Shown here piece by piece: positions 58,150 to 64,000 of a stretch of 64,000 bases of DNA (its first letter is position 1; every line of letters starts with the position of its first letter). The notes below the pieces were generated by a model. The model worked only from the letters and a program-made list of their open reading frames with translations. It was not told where the DNA came from and did not search any database. This stretch comes from Candidatus Multivoradales bacterium (GTDB taxonomy: Bacteria; Acidobacteriota; Thermoanaerobaculia; Multivoradales; JAHEKO01), in contig CBDCXM010000009.1 in assembly GCA_965223855.1 (NCBI GenBank), forward strand, positions 608,001 through 672,000, written 5' to 3'. Position numbers and translations under genes: made by a program.

Positions 58150-60777
58150 CTAGCCCTCTCCCTCTTCGCCCGCCTCGAACTCGATCGCCTCGAGCCCGCC
58201 ACGATAGAGAGCGTTGAAGAGCAGCTTGAAGGTCCTCAGCGGCTGTGCCCGATGCTGCGGCCGGAAGCCGAAGAGCACCACCCGGCCGTCGCCGACGCTG
58301 AACTCGACCATCGCCGCGCGCCGCTCGAGCTGGTCGATTCCGCGCACGTAGCCGGACACCTTGATGTCGTCGCGGTGATCGGGATAGCGAGCGATCACGC
58401 GGCGGTCGATCCCGCCGTGAGGCAGGCCGGTGCGAAACGCCGGCGACGAGGCGAAGTAACCCGCCTCCTCCTCTCGCAGGCCGTATCCGAGCGGGTGCTC
58501 GTTGTCGACGAGCAGGCGCAGCATCGTCCCCGGGGCGTAGAAGTCGTCGCGCGACACCCCTTCGAGCACGTCGGTCACCGGGAGCTGGAAGAGCTCGATG
58601 GCGTAGGCCGCCGAGGAGTCCATCGCCACCAGCGTGCCTCCCGCTTCGACCCAGGTACGCAGCGTCTCCGCCCCCTCCGGGCCCAGCCCGCCGTGATACT
58701 TCGGCGGCAGCTTCGACCAGAAGCGGCGCTGCTCCGCGCTCTCCGGCTCACCGGTGGCGAGAATCGACTTCGAGACATCGGGCAGCAGCACGACGTCGGC
58801 GCCCTGCCAGAGGCCGTCGCGAATCGCCTCGTTGGAGAGGTTGACGTAATCGAACTCGTACTGCTCGAGGACGTAGCGGGTCCAGCCCTCGTCCATGCTC
58901 GCCACCCAGGGTTTGTAGAGACCGACCTTCGGCGCGGCAACGCTCCAGCCGTCGCCCGCGGGAGCGGAGGTGAGCGGGGTCAGCGGCACCCGGAGCTCCG
59001 CGGCCAGCTCACGCAGCGCCCCGTCGTCTTCGCTGGCAGGGAACCAGACGTCTCCCGGGCTGCCGCCGTCGCCGGGATCGGAGATCCAGTAGACCTCCTC
59101 GCCGGCGGCAAGGCGCCGGTTCATCAACGGGAAGATCGAGTCGACCGCATGCGAGGCTCGATAGCCGTGCTCCGAAGGGGCGGTGTCGTGCGACGGCCAG
59201 TGAGCGGCCGTGACCTCGGTTCGAGCCCCCACCGGTTCGCTCGCCACCTCGTCGACTTCGACCCCCATGAGGATTGGCAGCGACCAGGCGGTGACGTCGT
59301 AGGGCGGGATGATCGGTCCGCCGACGTAGGGGAGCACCTCCGGATAGCGCTGCGGCCGCAGCATCGTGCGCAGGAACGCGTGGTAAGGCTGTGCCGCCGG
59401 GATCACGTGGGTGCCGGGTGGATAGGTCGTCCGTCCTACCGTGATCTCCTCCGCGGCCACCTCGACCCGGACACCATGTCGCAGCAGCAGCTCGACCAGC
59501 CGTCCGGCGGCAACCGGATCGTGCTGCTCCGGACGCACGATCCACGCACGCGCGTCGCTCTCGGCGCCGGCGGCCGCTGCCTCACTCGCCATGCGATGGA
59601 AGTTCTCGAGGATCTCGCGCCGGTACTGGGCGCTCGTCTCGACCGCCGCCCAGGTGGCGATCATCTCGTAGTCGATGATGTCGCGCAGCCTCCACCAGCC
59701 GCCCGGCCAGACCGACGGGAAGTTGGCGCGCCGCTTGTACTCAGGGAAACCCTTGCCGCCGCCGCGCAGCTCTCCCGGCTCGATGTAGATCGGGGTTGCG
59801 ATCCTCACACTCGCCACCTCTGTCAGCAGGCCGGTGACGTTCTTCCACCAGGCCGTGTTGCGGGTGCCGCCGGGCCAGTAGCTGTCGAAGATCATGTTGT
59901 GGCCGACGCCGGTCTTGCCCGCCTCCTCGAGACGGAACGACATGTTGGTGCCGATGAGATCCGCCTGGCGGAAGATCAGCGGGTGGATCTCCGGGTCGAG
60001 CGGATCGGTCTGCGGCGGCACGAACATCCGCGGCCCCGTCGAGCCCATCTGGTGCTCGTCGATGAAGATCTGCGGGAACCAGCGGTGGTAGAGCAGGTCG
60101 TTGACCGCCCGCGTTTCCGGCTGGGTCAGCATGTAGAAGTCGCGGTTGTTGTCGTGGCCGACGTAGTGGTGGTAGAGCCACGGCATCGGCCCGCCCTCGT
60201 AGTCGGTGCCGAGCTGCTCGTTGTACCAGTCGATGACCAGGAACTGGCCGTCGGGGTTGATCGACGGCACGAGCAGCAGGATGACGTCCTCCATCCACGA
60301 CACCCTCGCCGGGTCCTCGGTCGTCGCGAAGTCGTGGACGAACTCCATCGCCATCTGGGTGGCGCCGACCTCGGTCGCGTGGATGGTGCAGGTCACCAGC
60401 ACGATCGCCTTGCCGCTGGCGGCAAGCTCCGCCGCCTCTTCCGGAGTCGTGCGGTCGCCCGCGGCCATGCGGGCGGCGATCGCGCGGTAGGTGTCGAGCT
60501 CCCCCTGGTTGGCGGCCGACGTGAGCACGACGGCCACCATCTCGTTGCCGAGCACCGAGGTACCGATCGACTCGATCGACACTCGGTCGGAGGCGGCCTC
60601 GACCTCCCGCAGATACTCGAGAACGGTGTCGTAGCGCGCCAGTTGCCGGTCGGCGCCCACCGGGAAACCGAGGAACTCTTCGGGCGTGCGCAGCGTCTGC
60701 GCGCTGCTGCCGACGGGGGAACAGATCAGGGCGAAGAGAGCGATGCCGACGGCCGCGGCCGACCTTCGTTCGAGCAT
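58150..60777 (-). CDS. M14 family zinc carboxypeptidase
   Basis: IHATE (HxxE), NPDG, DNNRD, DEHQM, PPYDVTAW. Confidence 0.9.
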   Translation of the reverse strand: MLERRSAAAVGIALFALICSPVGSSAQTLRTPEEFLGFPVGADRQLARYDTVLEYLREVEAASDRVSIESIGTSVLGNEMVAVVLTSAANQGELDTYRAIAARMAAGDRTTPEEAAELAASGKAIVLVTCTIHATEVGATQMAMEFVHDFATTEDPARVSWMEDVILLLVPSINPDGQFLVIDWYNEQLGTDYEGGPMPWLYHHYVGHDNNRDFYMLTQPETRAVNDLLYHRWFPQIFIDEHQMGSTGPRMFVPPQTDPLDPEIHPLIFRQADLIGTNMSFRLEEAGKTGVGHNMIFDSYWPGGTRNTAWWKNVTGLLTEVASVRIATPIYIEPGELRGGGKGFPEYKRRANFPSVWPGGWWRLRDIIDYEMIATWAAVETSAQYRREILENFHRMASEAAAAGAESDARAWIVRPEQHDPVAAGRLVELLLRHGVRVEVAAEEITVGRTTYPPGTHVIPAAQPYHAFLRTMLRPQRYPEVLPYVGGPIIPPYDVTAWSLPILMGVEVDEVASEPVGARTEVTAAHWPSHDTAPSEHGYRASHAVDSIFPLMNRRLAAGEEVYWISDPGDGGSPGDVWFPASEDDGALRELAAELRVPLTPLTSAPAGDGWSVAAPKVGLYKPWVASMDEGWTRYVLEQYEFDYVNLSNEAIRDGLWQGADVVLLPDVSKSILATGEPESAEQRRFWSKLPPKYHGGLGPEGAETLRTWVEAGGTLVAMDSSAAYAIELFQLPVTDVLEGVSRDDFYAPGTMLRLLVDNEHPLGYGLREEEAGYFASSPAFRTGLPHGGIDRRVIARYPDHRDDIKVSGYVRGIDQLERRAAMVEFSVGDGRVVLFGFRPQHRAQPLRTFKLLFNALYRGGLEAIEFEAGEEGEG

Positions 60778-60914
60778 GAAGCCTCCAGAGATGTCGCGGG
60801 CGCGGCGCCGCCTCACCATCGGTAGAGCCGCCGCCGCGCCCAGGGCTGCCTGTTGAATGGGATCATAGCGTGGCGCCACGGGCGGACCGTGCGCGGGCAG
60901 GAGAGCATCGGCCG

Positions 60915-61370
60915 ATGAGCGACGACTACACCAGCAGCAGCGAAGGTGCCCTGATCGTCGGGGCGATCGTAATACCGCGCGAGGAGGTCTCCTTCCGCAC
61001 CTCTCGCAGTTCCGGACCCGGCGGTCAGAACGTCAACAAGGTCGAAACGAAGGTGACCCTGCTGTTCGATCTTGCGGGCTCGGCGGCGCTGACGCGCGGC
61101 CAGAAGGAGCGCGTCGCCGCGAAGCTGGGAGGACGGATCAACCGCGACGGTGTCCTCCGCGTGTCGAGCCAGCGCCACCGGACCCAGAAGGGCAACCGCG
61201 CGGCCGTCGAGCAGCGCTTCGTCGAGCTGCTGACCGGAGCGCTCGCCAGGCCGAAGAGACGGCGGCCGACGAAGGTGCCGCGCGCCGCCCACGAGCGGCG
61301 GCTGGAGGAGAAGCGACGCCGCTCTCAGCGCAAGCGCGACCGCCGATCGCCGTCAGGCCGGAGCGACTGA
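60915..61370 (+). CDS. arfB: Alternative ribosome rescue factor B (peptidyl-tRNA hydrolase)
   Basis: RSSGPGGQNVNKVETKV; basic C-terminal tail. Confidence 0.94.
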   Translation: MSDDYTSSSEGALIVGAIVIPREEVSFRTSRSSGPGGQNVNKVETKVTLLFDLAGSAALTRGQKERVAAKLGGRINRDGVLRVSSQRHRTQKGNRAAVEQRFVELLTGALARPKRRRPTKVPRAAHERRLEEKRRRSQRKRDRRSPSGRSD

Positions 61371-62963
61371 CGCGGCTTCTTCCCGCGGCACCGTCGCGCC
61401 GGCGGCCGCCCTGACCAGGTCGGCGCCGTGCTCGGCGATCATCACCGTCGGTGCGTTGGTGTTGCCACGCACCACCGTCGGCATCACCGAGGCGTCGATC
61501 ACCCGCAGTCCATCGAGGCCTCGCACCGTCAGCGTCGGATCGACGACCGCACCGTTTCCATTTCCCATCCTGCAGGTTCCGACCGGGTGGTAGAGGAGCT
61601 CGGTCTTGCGTCGCAGGAAGTCGTCGATCTGCTCGTCGCTCTCGACCTCTCCGCCGGGGCGCCACTCCCCCTCGCAGTGATCGGCCAGAGGCGCGGTGGC
61701 GGCGATGCGGCGGGCGATCTTCACCCCCTCGCGCAGCACCGCGACGTCGCGATCGTCCCCGAGCTGGCCGGTGACGATTCGTGGAGGCGTGCGCGGGTCG
61801 GCATCCGCCAGACGAAGGTGACCCCGACTCCGGGGAGCGATCAGCGTCGGTGCGAGGGTGAACCCGTCGCCGGAGGTGTCGAGGGCGTGGTCCTCGAACA
61901 GCGCCGGCGCGAAGTGGAACTGGAGATCGGGCGCCGCGAGCCCGTCACGGCTGCGCACGAACCCTCCCGCCTCTGCGACGTTCGAGGTCAGCGGACCGCG
62001 ACGTGACAGCAGGAAGCGTCCGAGGTTGGGCAGCGATTCGGCACGCCGCAGCGTGCGGCACTTCGGGGTGTACCAGCCGACCGCGACCACCGGATGGTCG
62101 TGGAGGTTGGCGCCGACACCGGGGAGATCGACGGCGACCTCGAGGCCGAGTGCCTCGAGGTCGGCCGCCGGGCCGATTCCGGAGAGCAGCAGCAACTGCG
62201 GCGACTTGAGGGATCCGGCGGCAACGAGGACCTCCCGCCCGATCAGCACCGCCTCGGTGCGCCCGTGGCGCCGGTACTCGACCCCGACCGCGCGCCGGCC
62301 GTCGAGCAGGATGCGATCGACCTCCACTCCGGTGCGCACCGTGAGATTGGGGCGCCGCAGCGCCGGCTTGAGATAGGCGTCGGCAACGCTCCACCGCCGC
62401 CCGTCGAGCTGCGTCACCTGGTAGGTGCCGAAGCCTCCCTGCCGGGCACCGTTGAAGTCCTCGTTGGTGTCGTAACCGGCCGCCGCGGCGGACTCGATCA
62501 GCGCCGAAGACAGCGGGTGGGGTTCGCGGGCGTCCTCGACCACCAGCGGCCCTCCCTCGCCGTGGTACTCGTCACCGCCTCGCGCCTGCTTCTCGGCGCG
62601 CCGGAAGTACGGCAGCACTTCCTCGAAGCTCCACCCCGAGGCGCCCTCGCGAGCCCAGTCGTCGTAGTCGTTGCGATGGCCGCGAATGTAGATCATCGCG
62701 TTCATCGAGCTCGAACCGCCCAGCATCCGACCGCGTGGCATGTAGAGCGACCGTCCTGCCAGCTGCGGCTCGGCGGCGCCCCACAGATTCCAGTCGCGGC
62801 GGGTATGGAAGAGTTTCGAGAACGCGGCCGGCACCCGCACCTCCAGGCTGCGGTCGCTGCCACCCGCCTCGAGGACCAGCACCCTGCAATCCGGGTCCTC
62901 GGTCAGGCGACTGGCCAGCACGCATCCGGCGGAGCCGGCGCCGACGATCACGTAATCGAACAT
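61353..62963 (-). CDS. GMC oxidoreductase (choline dehydrogenase-like)
   Basis: GAGSAG, LGGSSSMN, YHPVGTC, DASVMP...GNTNAP. Confidence 0.92.
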   Translation of the reverse strand: MFDYVIVGAGSAGCVLASRLTEDPDCRVLVLEAGGSDRSLEVRVPAAFSKLFHTRRDWNLWGAAEPQLAGRSLYMPRGRMLGGSSSMNAMIYIRGHRNDYDDWAREGASGWSFEEVLPYFRRAEKQARGGDEYHGEGGPLVVEDAREPHPLSSALIESAAAAGYDTNEDFNGARQGGFGTYQVTQLDGRRWSVADAYLKPALRRPNLTVRTGVEVDRILLDGRRAVGVEYRRHGRTEAVLIGREVLVAAGSLKSPQLLLLSGIGPAADLEALGLEVAVDLPGVGANLHDHPVVAVGWYTPKCRTLRRAESLPNLGRFLLSRRGPLTSNVAEAGGFVRSRDGLAAPDLQFHFAPALFEDHALDTSGDGFTLAPTLIAPRSRGHLRLADADPRTPPRIVTGQLGDDRDVAVLREGVKIARRIAATAPLADHCEGEWRPGGEVESDEQIDDFLRRKTELLYHPVGTCRMGNGNGAVVDPTLTVRGLDGLRVIDASVMPTVVRGNTNAPTVMIAEHGADLVRAAAGATVPREEAASVAPA

Positions 62964-63014
62964 GCCTGGAGATCTTCTCACCTTCCGGCAGCGACTCGCC
63001 GGTAACCCGGCCCC

Positions 63015-64000
63015 CTACGTCGAGGGGAAGCCGTCGATCGTCAACGCGACCTCTCCTGGCGGCGCCGGCCTGCCGAGAAAGTACCCCTGGACCGCGTCGC
63101 AGCCGGCGGCAGCCAGGAAATCGAGCTGCGAGCGACGCTCCACTCCCTCGGCGACGACTTTGAGATCGAGGCTGCGGGCGAGGTTGATGACCGCTTCGAC
63201 GATCACGCTCTCGGTCTCTCCGCGGTCGCAGGACTCGATGAAGGTGCGATCGAGCTTGAGAGTGTCGATCGGCAGCCGGCTGAGCGAGCTCAGGGACGAA
63301 TGCCCGGTGCCGAAGTCGTCGAGAGCGACGCGGATTCCGAGCTCCTTCAGGCTCTCGATGGTCCGCACCCCGGCGTCGAGATCCCGCATCACGGAGCCCT
63401 CGGTGAGCTCGACCTCGAGCAGCTCCGGGGGCAGCTGAGCCTCTGTCAGACAGGCTCGGATGACGTCCACCAGCCCCCTCTGACGGAACTGCCGGGCGGA
63501 GATGTTGACAGCGATCCGGAACTCGTCGAGCCCTTCGTCGAGCCACGCCCGACGCTGGCGCAAGGCCGTCTCGAGAGCCCAGCGCCCGAGCGGTGCGATG
63601 AGCCCACACTCTTCCGCCGCCGACACGAACTCCAGCGGCTCGACGGGTGCGCCGTTGCGCGACCAGCGCAGGAGCCCCTCGACACAGGCGAGCTCCCCCG
63701 AGGACAGGCCGAAGATCGGCTGGTAGGCCATGGTGAAGGTCTCACTCTGGAGCGCCTCACGGATGTCGTTCTCAAGGTTCAGACGCTCGGCGGCATGCTC
63801 CCGCATCGACGGCGAAAAGATCTGGTAGCAGTCGCGACCGAGCTCCTTCGCCCGGTACAGCGCCGTGTCGGCGTTCCTGACGAGCGTGTCCGAGTCCACC
63901 CCGTCGTGCGGGAAGAGGCTGATACCGATGCTCGCCGTCACCTGCAAGGTCCGCTCCTCGATCTGGAACGGCGGCCTCAGCCCTTCGAGCGTGGTCTCGG
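63015..64000 (-). CDS. GGDEF-EAL protein, C-terminal part (5' end outside the window)
   Basis: TASIGI...ADTALY (end of GGDEF domain); YQP, EGLLRW, DDFGTGHSSL, AEGVE, QGY. Confidence 0.9.
   Translation of the reverse strand, partial: ETTLEGLRPPFQIEERTLQVTASIGISLFPHDGVDSDTLVRNADTALYRAKELGRDCYQIFSPSMREHAAERLNLENDIREALQSETFTMAYQPIFGLSSGELACVEGLLRWSRNGAPVEPLEFVSAAEECGLIAPLGRWALETALRQRRAWLDEGLDEFRIAVNISARQFRQRGLVDVIRACLTEAQLPPELLEVELTEGSVMRDLDAGVRTIESLKELGIRVALDDFGTGHSSLSSLSRLPIDTLKLDRTFIESCDRGETESVIVEAVINLARSLDLKVVAEGVERRSQLDFLAAAGCDAVQGYFLGRPAPPGEVALTIDGFPST

Overview
High-GC bacterial chromosomal window, probably Acidobacteriota/Thermoanaerobaculia (inferred from gene content and C-terminal IFxDGFESGD motifs). 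Most of it is housekeeping or envelope genes: Lhr helicase, tricorn protease, glutamate dehydrogenase, PckA, PepF, two ECF sigma/anti-sigma clusters, a DesKR-like two-component system with an ABC exporter, ArnT/GT2, peptidases, ArfB, a GMC oxidoreductase and a GGDEF-EAL protein. The standout is a lower-GC insert at ~590-2680 carrying a retron-type system: sigma70 promoter, ~385-nt structured leader RNA, 73-aa small ORF, XRE-HTH gene and retron RT (type VI-like layout). By hand I find a ~30-bp long-range RNA duplex (767-800 with 1111-1145) whose non-Watson-Crick pairs are all G-U. It buries the Shine-Dalgarno, AUG and first codons of the small ORF. A competing 16-bp inverted repeat brackets that ORF. 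Together these suggest a reverse-transcription-coupled translational switch for a toxin. Second highlight: a membrane leader ORF ending in the RAPP ribosome-arrest motif sits upstream of a multi-TM protein that runs in frame into a heme-receptor-like TonB-dependent transporter. All calls come from motifs read by eye; no database search or folding program was run. No tRNA, rRNA, CRISPR array or transposase was seen.
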